A DNA stretch of 64,000 nucleotides, taken from contig CM120643.1 in NCBI GenBank assembly GCA_051362555.1, forward strand, positions 10,354,001 to 10,418,000. The letters are read 5' to 3'. The notes under the pieces were generated by a model. It was not told the origin of the DNA. It did not search any database and saw nothing but the letters and a program-made list of their open reading frames with translations. This DNA is from Lingula anatina (taxonomy: Eukaryota > Animalia > Brachiopoda). Shown piece after piece: positions 10,438-23,540 of this stretch; within the stretch, counting starts at the first letter, position 1; each line of letters starts with the position of its first letter. The position numbers and the translations under genes were made by a program.

Positions 10438-11605
10438 TTAAATGTGTTGGGTGAGTCTGGTTGAGCCCACCAGGTGAGCCCTTGCAAAAATTTGTAGGAA
10501 CTGCTTTCAGCTATGTCCCTTTACTGGTTTCATGCCTCCTGCCTTATTAATTGCTGGTTACTCCCCCACAGAAGATTATCTTCCACTTCTTGGCAAAATG
10601 CCATGTAAGTTTTAATCCTTAATTTTAAAGCCTTACATACTGTAATTTCAACGTGAACACTTTTTAACCAAAAATCGGCTGGAGAAAAATGGGACCCTCC
10701 AGGCTAAAAAAGTGGCAAAAGTTATAGATCGTCATTCAAAACCTAGGGTTAGGCCTATCGTGGCAGGAAATCCATGTTGGCTACATGATGCGGGGGCATG
10801 TAGATTCGAGTAATAGTATGAATTTGTTAGGTGGGAAACCAGAGTTATGATGCAGACGATGCAGGAACATCAAGTGATGTCCAGCCTTCTTTTTGCTCTA
10901 TGACTTTCCTAGATCACTGTTTACTCAGCTTCATGCTGTAGGCCTATGGCGTTCCTCAGATATGAGCTTTTTCCAGGTTTTTTTTTTAAATTCAATTCTG
11001 ATGGTTCCTGAAATCCGTCAAGATTTGCAATTAAATCTGTTCACAGATTTTTTTTTTTTTTGAAATCTAGGCTCATGTCTGGTTCCTTGCTCAGCTTCAC
11101 ATTCCTAACCTGTGTGAAATGTAAAGAGTTTGCCTGTTTTTAGAGACGGCAGAGAAAGCAATGAGCCAGCACTTAAGGTTGGAAAGAAAAGCAGTTGCAT
11201 GTTTCCGTTGCCCTGTGAATGTGTTTCATTGGCTCCTGAAATATCAAATTTGAAATTTAAATATTTGTAATTACAGATTAACTAGTTGTAGTGTGTCTGA
11301 TAGCATGCCTTTAAATGTATTTTTCAGATTAGATTGAATTAATTAATATTTTGGTTTAAAAAACATATCGAAAGATATTCTCTCTGTTATGCAGTTTGGA
11401 CATTATGAAATGGTTAATTAATTCAAGTTTGGCTGTTTTATTGTTTGTAAGGATGAGAGTTGTCACTTTTGTATGATCAGATTAGGTTTTCGTCATTGCA
11501 ATTACCCTATGAATGGTATAAATCAATAGTGACATACAGCTTTAATACAATAATTTTTATATTGTTGGGAAAAGAGGAGGGAGGGGAGGGGAAGAAGGTG
11601 GTTTA

Positions 11606-11819
11606 CACCCCATTTCCATAGATTAGATCGACCTACTTTGGATCGACCTAACTCCCTGGGGGTTCGCGCTGAATAGCTGTCAGCCGGGCGGACACGAAAA
11701 TTAATTGCCCCTTACGGCTTGTAGTGGGCGGGGACGGACACTTAAGGGGGATTATCTGACGGTAGTCTGGTGAGACTCCCCGCGGTGATAGATCGATCTA
11801 AAGTTGTGGGAACAGACCC
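11606..11819 (-). mobile_element. MITE family B copy, inverted orientation
   Basis: Reverse complement matches family B (aactccctggggg, aattgcccctta, gtgagactccc, gatcgatctaaa); TTA on both sides. Confidence 0.82.
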
Positions 11820-11993
11820 TTATTTAGACACCCTCACTCCTTCACCTTCTTTAGTTCTTGGTTCCCTTATTAAAAATGTAAAATAAATAAGATAAGGACT
11901 GTAATTATAAGAACAATAGAAAATGCATCTGGCAATGCAGGGTGATTTCTGTATGAAGAATTAATATTGAAAATATTAGTCTTCTAGCTAGGT

Positions 11994-12486
11994 TTTTATT
12001 CAAATGCAGGTACATGTACATGCATATACAAGCTGCCACCTGCAGGAAATAAAGGATCTTTGAATTGATTGCTACATGTCTGTCATGCAGTCTATCTACG
12101 TATTTACAAGAGCTTTGTTTGATGGCATGTAGTTGTAAATTCATTATCTATGTGGAGTCCATAGTCACAGAAAAAGTTAGGTTGGTTGTTGTCTAGCTGT
12201 AGCCAGTGATAATTCTGGAAAAGGAGTAGCATATTGCACAATGGACCACAGGCCCGTAGCCAGCAATTTCAAAAGGGGGGTTCTTTTTCTGAAAAAGTGG
12301 ACCTTTTCCCATAAAAACTTCATGTAACTAGATCAAATTTTACCCAGAGTGGACCTTTTCCCAGCAAAAGGGGTGGTTCTTTCGAACCCCCCGAACCCCC
12401 CCTAGCTACGGGCCTGGACCATGTTCCCCTTCCTTAGCTTTGGAGGTCCTCCTGCCCCCCTCTTCAACCCCCCCCCATTTCATAAA

Positions 12487-12530
<44 letters not shown>

Positions 12531-12621
12531 AGAATATTAATATTCTGTATTTTATTCAAATGCAGGTACCTGCATATACAAGCTGCCACCTGCAGGAAAT
12601 AAATGGTCTTTGTATTGATTG
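11994..12621. repeat. Local direct duplication (~75 bp; 11994-12071 and 12550-12621)
   Basis: ttttattcaaatgcaggtac...tgcatatacaagctgccacctgcaggaaataaa...attgattg occurs twice. Confidence 0.85.
12249..12416. mobile_element. 168-bp MITE with CAGGCCCGTAGC TIR and 5-bp TSD
   Basis: Perfect 12-bp TIR; GACCA immediately on both sides; internal repeat agtggaccttttccc twice. Confidence 0.88.
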
Positions 12622-14103
12622 TTTGCTGTACTATCTTTGTCTTTTGATTTAGAATACTTGCAGTTTGTCACTTTTAGGTTGATTAAACCAGTGTTATGTT
12701 ACAGTTATGTTGTACCGCCAAAGTTGATATGCTTATATTTGTATTTGTCAGATTAAAAATAATATCTTCTGGAGAACCCAGAATGTTTTTTCTACTTTTT
12801 TGTCATTTTGTACCTCTGATCTCGATGCTTTTGCAAATGAAGTGAACAGATTTGTTAAATCAAATACCACAAAATTGGGAGACTTATTAACTGCATACAT
12901 GTATACTAATCATCTCTGATTTTAAGAGGCTGAGAGTGGGTGCTTAAGACCCAACGTATAAATTAATAAACATTATTGTTGAACAGATGTTGGCCTTCTT
13001 GGGTTGCTGCTATTACTTAGCAAGAATTAATTCCCACTACACAGCAAATTAATATTCTTCATATTGATCACTCAGATTTATCAAACTATACATCCGTACG
13101 TCCTTTTTACCAGCATTGTATCTTTATTAATCAGGTGTGTTCATCAAAGGGAAGGAAAGAGCCTTCAGAACCAGCTGTCAGCTCAATCTGTTCATTGATG
13201 AGACACTTTTAAGTAACTTGCAGCTCATTTCACTGCGGAAGGTGAGAAGAAATTAACTGCAGGTGTGGAGAGAGATAGAGAGAGGTGGGTTCTGAAAGTA
13301 GTATATTCATTGTTTTTATCAAGATCTCTGTATAGTTACTTTTTGTAAAAACAATTTTAGGTGGTTAGTAAAGATTTGTACATTATGTATAATTTAAATC
13401 CCTTGAGTTATGTTATGCAATGTAAACAAATATTAACAGATATAATTATGGATTTGTTAATAGATCAAAAAGGGATAAGTTCAGCACTACAGTTAAATGT
13501 TTTAGATTTGAAAAAATTGCCAATTAAAAGCAAAGGTGTCAGCTTTTTCTTCCCTCAAGTTAAAGCAAAATTTGTGATGATTAGTATATGCTCTTTATTA
13601 GGTTTGACATGTTAAGCATATTAATTAATCAAATTATTAAAAAAAACATGGAGACTCAATTAAATTATGGTGAAAAATTGCATAATTATGTATCCATACC
13701 TAGAAATGTCTGAATGAATAAAGTAAGTAATGACCTCAAAAGCTCAAATAATCCAAAAACAATGATAAAGTTAACACGTGTGTGGGTGTATGGTTGCAAT
13801 CCCAACCCTAGGATCCCAACATGGATCTCCTTGGAGACCAATCTTTCAAACAAGTGATTTTTTTTCTGATGTTGAACTAGAACTTTTTGCTAAATTTGTT
13901 ATGATTGTGTCCTGACAAAACCAGCTCAGAGTTTTGTGTAACTAATAAATCTGTAGTAGATACCTGCATTCAAGCTGTCAAAAATGCTGCCAGTATTTTG
14001 TTTTGGATGTTTTTAATAAAAAAAAAATTTGAATGTTGACCCCAGACAAATGAAGAATCTTGAAATGGTTTCATGCTTATTTTCTTTTTTTCTTTCTATT
14101 TTT

Positions 14104-14134
<31 letters not shown>

Positions 14135-15836
14135 AGTTAATTTTACCTTCATATGGCTGCCAACTTTTACTCTACACAGTACTTAATTTAGTGTAAATGG
14201 GGTTTTGTAAAAATTTGATGCTTACATAAAAAGTACATCCAAATAATGACTAGAACTTGTAAGATTCTATGACAATACAAGACTACAGGTACATGTATAA
14301 TGGCCTTCATCTCTAGTTCGATCTTATGCTGTAGAATAAAAAACGAAAGTTTCCAAATTTAATTACCAGCTTACCTCATATTCAGTAATGATATGAATCT
14401 TAGGTTGGTCCATTTTAATTGTGTTCACATTCTTTCAGTAAAATGTCTTTATTATTAATACAGCAATATCAAATTTAAGCAAACATCATTAATATTGAGA
14501 CAGAAAGCATAAGTCAAAGCCACTTTCCATATAGACCTTAGCAAAACAACAATTATGTTTTCTTTGCATTTGTTGTGCTATTTAACTAAATACCCAACCA
14601 GTCGGTTTATTTATATTAATTCACTAGGCTACAGGTAACAAAAGTTAAGTAGCTTTTCTATTGGCTTGAACTATTGTCAGTATGCAACCTTAGTATTGTG
14701 GGAGATGTATATATGCGGGCTGTGTGATGTACACAGTCACAATATATTTATTTAGATAGTGAAAATGAACAAGAAATATAGGGGCAACATGTGAGTCGTT
14801 GCACTGACTGTAGAAAGTGGGGAAGGATTCAAATTTGAGAAGCTGTAAAAGTATTCCAAATTCTACTAGTATTTTTAAAGAAGGTAATGATTTCTTAGAT
14901 TTTTTAGTAATTGCTTAGACATTATTTGATTGTTAGTTGGATGGATCTTACTTATTGCAAACTGAATGATTCGTGAGGACATACATCAATATCGTAGCTA
15001 CCTCTCATATATTGTCTTTGTAATAAGTTACAAGAAATATTAATAGTGAAATTAAGGTAGGGATATTTTTGTGTAGCTCTACATAGTCTACATCATTTTG
15101 ACTAATTATTATTTCCCTTTAACCTCCTCAAGTACAAAAATTTTGTAAATTAATGTAATAATTTAATTTATTAGACTCAAAATACATTGTATATGTCCAA
15201 TTTTGTTTAGTGTCAAAATGTTTTAAAAGACATATTATTTATAATGCCTCTGCACTATGATGACATATTTCCTGTGGTACCTGTGTACGTTTTTAGAGGT
15301 TGCTACACATATCCAGTGGAGATGATGCATATGACACATAATATATGTTAGAAGTAATTATTTTGTCTAATTAAAATGGCACTGTGTCCTCATCATGTGG
15401 ATACGTCAGGTGATCACTGATGGATAACCTTATCATAGTTCAGGATCAATACACATGATCCATCGGTGACCAAATTGAAGTCCTCTCGACTGGGATGCCA
15501 CATTGGCCATCCTTGTTCTAGTATTTTAAGCCCTGCACAGTCAAAGAATTTTTACGTCTATATCTCCAAGGACAGTACAAACTGGATCACTGCCCAGAGT
15601 ACATCCAAGAAGTGCTTTCAGTTCCAAGTTGGCAGGTCAGTTGCGAGTTATTATCGCTTTAACCATGCTATCATACGGACGCAGAGGAGATTTTCCTTTT
15701 TTTAGACATGAGTTGATTAGATTTATTCTGCCATGTGGTATCAAAGATGGCTAATTGGGGGTTTCATGGGAAATGGAGGGTTTGATGTGTGATCTCTGAT
15801 CTGACAGTGTCTTTTTCTAAGTTCATTAAAGCTAAG

Positions 15837-16002
15837 CAGCCCCATATATAGCCAGCTATTTCACAGGAAGGGGGCGGTCTTTTTCTAAAAAAAGTGGACC
15901 TTTTACCATGAAACCTTTGTGTACCTATAGGTCAAATTTCACCCAGAGTGGACCTTTTTCCAGCAAAAAAAGGGGGTTCGTTCCTCCTTGGCTATGGGCC
16001 TG
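15837..16002. mobile_element. Diverged copy of the 12249-12416 MITE
   Basis: Same internal agtggacctttt repeats and tcaaattt.acccagagtggacc; right end gctatgggcctg. Confidence 0.8.
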
Positions 16003-16060
16003 TCAAGGCTGAAAGCTTGCATCCGTGTGTATGTCAAGTGCAAGTATGTACTTTTAAATA

Positions 16061-16196
16061 GTGTGTGTGCATATGTGTGTGTGTGCATGTGTGTGCATGT
16101 ATGTGTGTGTTTGTGAACATGATGTACGTGTGTGCCACCAGTATAGAATTTATGGCAAGTTTGCAAAGGTTCTCTTGAACAGTGTAATTGTAGTGT

Positions 16197-16232
<36 letters not shown>
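16061..16232. repeat. (TG)n-rich microsatellite region
   Basis: Interrupted and pure GT runs. Confidence 0.9.
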
Positions 16233-16234
<2 letters not shown>

Positions 16235-17341
16235 CACATCCCCTTTACCTTTAGAAGTTCTCCCTCATCCTCCCCCCCCTCCCCACCACTCACCAACAGC
16301 AGCTGCTTATAAATATGTTGCAAGTTATATGAAGATATACATGTATGCTGGAGCGAAGCAGTGAATCATATCTTTATGAGTGCAAGAAAAATAATATTGC
16401 TTTTTGAATGTGCTTGAAAAATTTCATGACCAAAATTGCAATAGAGAAGACTGCCAATTGTGCCTGGAGGTGACTTAAACACATTTACAATGGTTTTGTA
16501 AACATTAAACTAACAAGAAAGATAGAGAGTGAGATAAAAAGACACAAAAAGGGACAGGGAGATGGGGCACATATTTAACGAAGGTACATGTGCCAGTACT
16601 AGTAGAAAGAGGAGAAAAAAAATCCATTTAGTTGCCTTCGATTAACAGTGAGATCTGTTAATGGCAGAAATCTGGGAAATTAGCAGTACGCAGGTGTCAT
16701 GGTCAGCATAATTGGATTACTTGAGCAATTTACACCTAAAAATAAGCTATTTCTCCTGCCAACCCAGTTTTGTTGTCCTGGCTCCCTGCACTTTAGACGA
16801 AACATCCAAGAAGGTAATGATTGATGCCAGTATCAACAAATTTTCTTGGAATTACCAGAGCTAGTGTCACAAGAGTTGTTTAATTGCAATGAAAATATGA
16901 TTACTGGGGAAACTCGCCAAAACAAGGCATAGCATGGGATATCCATTTGGTAAAAACACTAGTGCTTATAAGACAGCAGCGTCAGGAAGTAAATTATAAG
17001 TGTGGGGACTAACCGTTTAGAAATCTGTAAGTGAAAAATTGACCAAAATTATGCACAGAAAATTGGACACCAGTTGACTGTGGTCTCTGCCTGTGAGATC
17101 TTATTTAAATGACATATTTTATATACTTTTGGTTTAAAGAAGTGGCAGCTATAGGAGCTCTTAGTCTCCCTGTTTCCTATGCTTATGATTGACATTGTTG
17201 AAAAAGGTAAGCCCCCCGCCCCCCCCCCCCCCCCCCTTCTTATTCCTACCATTTTGTGTGCTTATTAAGAAATTTATGCTATTGGGTATCTGTTGGCTGC
17301 TTCAGAAAATAGATATTTTAAAAGTATTATTGTGGTTTATC

Positions 17342-17393
<52 letters not shown>

Positions 17394-18146
17394 TTGGAAC
17401 ATTCTAGTGCAGTTCAATTACCTTCTCCTTGACAAGCCTTGCCTAAGTTTAAGAAAATGCAAATTTCATTAACATTCATTTCTCCAGTTACCAAGAAGAA
17501 CATGAAACAATGTCTGCCTCCCGTCTCTAGGGTTTTAGTAGAGTTAGATAAATCAGTGCTGAACTGAATTGCCATTCCCTCAACGCTGGGGATCAGGTGG
17601 TTGTAAGCGAGGAGTTTTCAAAGAGCTTTGTGTGGCCAATTGATCCAGTGGTTTAAGTAATTGGGGGCAAATCTCTGGGAATCTTAGTTCTATAGTTTAT
17701 GTTCCAGGAGGGGTAAATGCTGGTGAAACTCCTTCTTGGAGGAAAAAAAGTTGCATTGATTGAAAAAGAAGGGTTTGTGAAAGTTGAGATGTTCAGTAAA
17801 AGAAAACATACAGTCATTGGGTGATAAAGAAAATGAATAATGATACCAGATACTACTATATTAGGCAAAGAAAAAGAGTTTAAACAAAGGAAACTAAATT
17901 TTGTAAATGAAAGTTATCATACTCTTAGGGATAATTTCTTGTTGTCATTGCATGAGGTGTCACATTATTTTTGATTTTCCAGTATTTGTAGCAGCTTATT
18001 TTGTTAAAGATCAACTAAAAAGGAGTTAAAAGCATATCTCTTAGAACATCTTATTTTTTATTTTTCTTAATTTTAATTGGTTTTATATGAGAATTGGGCT
18101 GTTTTCATTGATTTTCTTAATTGTAATTGGTTTAATGTGAGTACCA

Positions 18147-18425
18147 GAGCCCATTCAGAATACAAGATTTGAGGATCTTCTGATCCATGAATCAAATATG
18201 GCGGAACGTACATCATGTAATTTGCTAATTGTCTCCTCGCCTCCACACACGCCGTCCATGCAGGGGTCTAGCAATTAAACCTTGGAGCCGTGACTTAATC
18301 CATTTAATGGTGCTTGTGGAGGCGGGAGACCATCAGCAGATTAGAAGGCTCTTCTTTCATGTAGGGTCTGCCATATTTGATCCATAGATCAGAAAATCCC
18401 TGGATCTTCTATTCTGAATGGGATC
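18147..18425. mobile_element. Fold-back MITE family A copy
   Basis: Termini GAGCCCATTCAGAATA / TATTCTGAATGGGATC; arms tcaaatatggcgga / tctgccatatttga; related to 22240 and 26661. Confidence 0.85.
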
Positions 18426-19114
18426 TTAGGCTGTTTTTATCATGAATCTTGATGTCTTTTAATATTTTTTTTATTTTTATACATCTTGGCAATTGTGACT
18501 TTAAAAAAAGTATTATTATTACAACACCAAATATATTTACAGTACTAATGTAGTGGTTTATTCGTTTTGCTTTGGAGATAAAATGATAAGAGGAGCCATT
18601 GGATTAATCAATGTATAAGCTGTACATAGTATATCAATGATAATGAATGTCATTCCTTTAATTTACCTGCCACATTTCTATGTAGCTTAAGTCTTGTTCA
18701 TGGACATACCTCAGTGTTGAATATTGCACTTTTTTCATTTTTTAATTTATTTCAGATTTAATTTTATGTCTCTTAAAAGCAGGCCTCTAGCACATTACTG
18801 AGTGTTTGAGGTCAGTACTCAATCCAGCTTACCTGCGGCAACATTTTGAAGGAGTAGTGCTGTAACACAATCTGGTCTGTAAGGGAGGAGATAAAATTAA
18901 CATTTTACAGATCGATATATTTCTTTAGTATTCAAAAAAAAAAAAAAAAAAAAAAAAATGCTCTCTCTTTTTACAATATTGGAAAAATAAAAGAATTACA
19001 CATGACCCTTTTATGTAGTTCTTTATTCCAAAGGCTACTTTAGCTGGAAAAAGAGGAAATTTTTTTTTGACTATTAATCAAATTCTTAGATATCAGCTTT
19101 GGTCTCTTTAAATC

Positions 19115-19272
19115 TGGACCGTAGCAATAGTCCGAAGGTTCAATAGTCCGAAGGTTCATTGGTCCGAATATTCACTATAGAACCTTCGGACCAATGAACC
19201 CTTGATTAAAAAATGGATGAAAATGTTACCACTTTTCGGACCAATGAACCTTCGGACTATCGAGACGCCCCC
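19115..19272. mobile_element. Mutator-like MITE with 16-bp subterminal repeats and 9-bp TSD
   Basis: CTTTAAATC on both sides (19106-19114, 19273-19281); tandem CAATAGTCCGAAGGTT at left and inverted AACCTTCGGAC(C/T)A at right. Confidence 0.85.
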
Positions 19273-20875
19273 CTTTAAATCACATCTTTTAAATAAGATA
19301 TCTAGTGTCACTACCTCATGAAGATTTATTTCTGAAAATTGAAATGTTCATTAAGCTCCAATGTCAAGCTCATTATCTGACACCAATAGTTTTGTCCCTG
19401 GTGTTTGTCTCCACGTACCATTTCTAAGTGAATTTCCATGCCAGAACAGTTTGTATTATTCTGTATTGGGGATAGAATTGAAATAAAACATAGCCAGGAA
19501 ACAGGATTAGATATGTTTTGACCAGGAAAATGAAATTCTGAATGTCAAGACTGTTCATTCATATTTTAGGCCTTAATTTTTTTTCGTCATAAGCCCAGAA
19601 CCTGGGTATAAGTGATTTCAGGACGAGAAAAGCAAATCAATGAAAATTGAATCCAGCACAGCCATCCAGCCTGCAGAATAAATGTGGAGGGCAGGTGTTC
19701 AGAGATAATGGAGCTATCTTGCCAATACAGGCCCAATCCCAGGGGAATGGACACAGCTAATTTGCCATGGGATTTCATTAACTGCACAGAACAACTTTGC
19801 AGATGTTGTCACTTCTGTGATAACTTCACTAGCAGTAAGAGTAGAGGGGAGGGGAGATGCAAGATGTCTTTGGAAATTTTCACTTGAGTTCCATTTTTTG
19901 CAACTTGACTACAGTGACAGTCAAGTGAATATTCTTGGTGCAAGGGATGTAGAGGAGTGTAGATTTATTGGGTTTATTCACATAGTCACCCAAAGAACTT
20001 TTACTTAAATTGACAGCAGTTTTTTTTTTTTTTGTTATCCAAGTTACTACCACACTGTGAAGCCAGCATGGAAAAACAATGAATCGAACGGAATAAAGTT
20101 GAATTTCTTGAACTGTTTGAGCCTCATGTATTAAAACTGACTCTAATGTGGTTCAAAACTGTTCCCCTTTTTAGCCAGTGTGAATTAATGCAGCTTTTAT
20201 TAAGCTCGAGGCCCAGATACCATAGTTATGCTTAGTTATTGGATTTCATTTCTGGTACAGTATATGTATTAATATAACAACATTTAGGACATTTGGACAG
20301 TCTCTGTTTTGTACACGATTAGCAGGATGATATATTTCACCACAAGCCTTTAATTAATTTAAAGAGATACTAAACCACTCCCCTACATGCCAACTTTCTT
20401 TGATGATGTGTGCAATGAAAAAAATGTAAATGAAAATGAATATATAACAAGAGACCAAACCAAGCAATTTTCCATCCCTGTGCTCTACCTGTCAGTTACA
20501 GTCAATTTCTCTGTTATTTTGTATTGGCCAAGAGCTTGCTTTATTCAACAATATTTACCTCCACCCCCCCACCCCCCCCAAAAAAAAAAAAAAAAAAAGA
20601 GAAAAGAAAACTAGATTTGCCAGTTCTTGGTTGCATTTTTGTGGCACTTGTAACTTGTATGATTAGGTGGAGTTGAAGCATCATCTTGGAATATGTCATG
20701 GTCAGTCCTCAATTAAGACAGACTGTTAATGGGGTTGAACAGATGTATCTTTATGTTAATTAAGATAAGGTTAAACAGATAAAGACTTGGCAAATGTGAG
20801 AAAGAATTGTCTATGTAATACAGATACCGATAGGGGCTCCTCCCTAATGTCAATTTAATTTATTAATTTATTAAT

Positions 20876-20906
<31 letters not shown>

Positions 20907-21104
20907 TGTAAATGTGTTTTAATGTATTCATATATTATTCACTTAAGTATCTTGTATTGAATTATATAGGTTGTATTTTGTGACTATATAACAAAAATAG
21001 ATTTTGTAGTTTTTAAAAGATATTTGATTATAAAATTGACATAACCATACATTTTAAAAATTATTAGAAGGGTGATGGATGTTTACTTTTGATTTGTTCC
21101 AGAT

Positions 21105-21106
21105 TT

Positions 21107-21161
<55 letters not shown>

Positions 21162-21163
21162 TT
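21105..21163. repeat. (ATTT)n microsatellite (another at ~20870-20907)
   Basis: Direct reading. Confidence 0.9.
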
Positions 21164-22239
21164 GTCTGAAATATCCATTACTTCTAGCTGCTTGCCAACA
21201 TCATTTTCATTAATTTTTGCATATTATATGCTTTTATTGTTTTTTATTTCAATTTAATTGATATATATATGATAATATTTAATTCACAGCTGTAGAGCAT
21301 TTATCACAGACAGTTGTATTTCTGTTCGTAAGTTGTAAAGCATAAATAGTGATGCGTCTATGTAACATATGAATAAAAGGTAATAACCCATTAAACATAT
21401 ATGGCATCTTCATCTGTTACAACGTCTGCTGCATGATCTGTCACATGACCTATCATGTGATATGATTGGCCACTCTGCAACCTGTCCATCTGCCGTATGT
21501 GAATTCTTGATAAATGTCTGTCTGGGTTCACTCATATTTAAATACTATTTTCAACAACCAGTCAATTAAGCCTTATACGTTTTATCCATATTATTGGCAG
21601 ACATTAAAAAAAATTTTTTTTTTTTTTTGAATATGTAAAATGATGGATCAGACAGCTTTTAAAAATAAAAGTCTGTCCTTATTTGCACTCCCAGTCACAG
21701 CCTGAACAAAATATTGGAGGTGTGACCATGCATGTGCAACATGTGTACCAAAATGGTGGGCAGTCACACGCCATCTGCCATGTTGCACATGTTGGCAAGG
21801 TGTAATTATTGCAGCAAGAAGTGACAGCATTACAAGTTATGCTGCGCTTTGGTCAGCTGTGGCCTTTGACCTTTGAGGGTTGTGGGAAAACTAAGCACGA
21901 ATACTACTGATGCATTCTTCAAATTAATTTGAGCATTTTTGCGTCAGGTTGCAGATTTTTAAAATTCAGCTAACCTTTTAAATGAATTTTAACAAAGCAA
22001 CAGATTGCAATAGATAATTTGGGTATTATGGATTTATAGCTGCTAATGTGGTAGGAACATTTAAATGAAAATTAGTAGAAAGAAAAGATAAAATCAGTGC
22101 ATTGAAGTTGTTTATGGTAAATTATTATTATTTTTTTCATCAAGAAATGATATAACTTGAATATAATGTCATGTTGCTAAAATTTAAAAGACATTAAATT
22201 TCAAGATCTTGTATGAAGGCTTTATTCTAATGGCGATTA

Positions 22240-22561
22240 GGGCACTTTCAGAACAAGTTGATCCTAACAGATCGGAGAATCAAATATGGCTGACCAACTT
22301 AAAAGCAATGCTGCCTAATCCCCTAATGGACTTCCCGCAACATGCATGTATCGAAACACCACACGTGCCATCCCTGTCGTGGCCTAGCAATTGAATCTAG
22401 GAGCCATTTTAATTTAGCTTTTTTGCTAGGCCCCTGCAGGAATTGTGGGTTGGTAGGTGGGGAGACCATTAGGTGTTTAGGTAGCATTGGTTTTAAGTGG
22501 GTCAGCAATATTTGATCTGAGGACCTGTAAGTCCACGGATCAGCTTGTTCTGAAAGGGCCA
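22240..22561. mobile_element. Fold-back MITE family A-related copy
   Basis: Termini GGGCACTTTCAGAACAAG / CTTGTTCTGAAAGGGCCA; TTA on both sides; long imperfect inverted arms. Confidence 0.85.
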
Positions 22562-22570
22562 TTAGTCTAA

Positions 22571-22785
22571 GACCCCATTCCCACAGATTTTAGATCGATC
22601 TACCCCTGTGGGGAGTCCCAATAGATTATTGTCAGCTTAGCCAGCTTATATGTCTGTCCCGCCTACTAAAAGCTGTAAGGTGGTAATTAACTTCCATGCG
22701 CTCTTGGCTGACAGCAATTTAGCGTGAACCCCCAGGGAGTTAGGTCGATCTAGATGGATCGATCTAAATGTATGGGAATGCACTC
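22571..22785 (+). mobile_element. MITE family B copy (215 bp)
   Basis: Same termini and body as 10223-10437; TAA on both sides. Confidence 0.9.
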
Positions 22786-23474
22786 TAAGATGTACATGGA
22801 AACCTTTACTTTAGAGCTTCCACCATTCCAAAAATCATCAGGAAGAATTGTATGGACATAGTGCTTTGAAAGTATGAATAACTCAAAGGACATAGAACAA
22901 AAAGTGTAAAATGTGTTATCAAAATCCATTCCATGATATTGTTGGCAAATAATTCACCTTTTATGTCTTTAAATGTAAGGAAGGAAAGTGAAGAATTTGT
23001 TCACATATATTATAGATGCAAGCCATACTTATGGAAATTAATATTCACAAAACAGATAAGTAATCTCAAATTATGTCATTACAATTAGTTCACTTAAGTA
23101 TTGGAAAAATATTCTCCAGAACTTATCACATCAGTTGTTTGAAAAGGCTCATTTATTTATTTATTTATATTGGGGGGGAGGGGGGGTAAGATTAAGATTT
23201 TATTGTTACAATTAATTTATTTTATGTTACTGCCATTGATTTTACTTGTATATTATACAAGTGGAAGAAAAGATGTCAGAATTAAACTGACGGAGTTCAT
23301 TGAAATTTTAATAAATTTCAAATTGAATTTTTTCCTGTTGTATGCTATTTAATACTGGGCACTTTCCACCACTAAAATGACACATTTTTGTCTTTTTATG
23401 CCATGGAATTTACTTTCAGCTTTTGACAGTTGAGAGCAAAGAAGGTTGTGGAAAATTTATTTTGGCATGCCTTT

Positions 23475-23475
<1 letters not shown>

Positions 23476-23536
<61 letters not shown>
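23476..23536. repeat. Long poly(T) tract
   Basis: About 60 consecutive T. Confidence 0.9.

Positions 23537-23540
<4 letters not shown>

Noticed and set aside
10511-10604. Exon-like segment ending in GTAAGT (similarly 17180-17207 and 31816-31902)
   Set aside because: Weak start context or inconsistent phase; indistinguishable from chance donor matches.
19125-19260. 16-bp repeats as a CRISPR-like array
   Set aside because: Eukaryotic context, no unique spacers, repeats inverted at the other end and bounded by a TSD.
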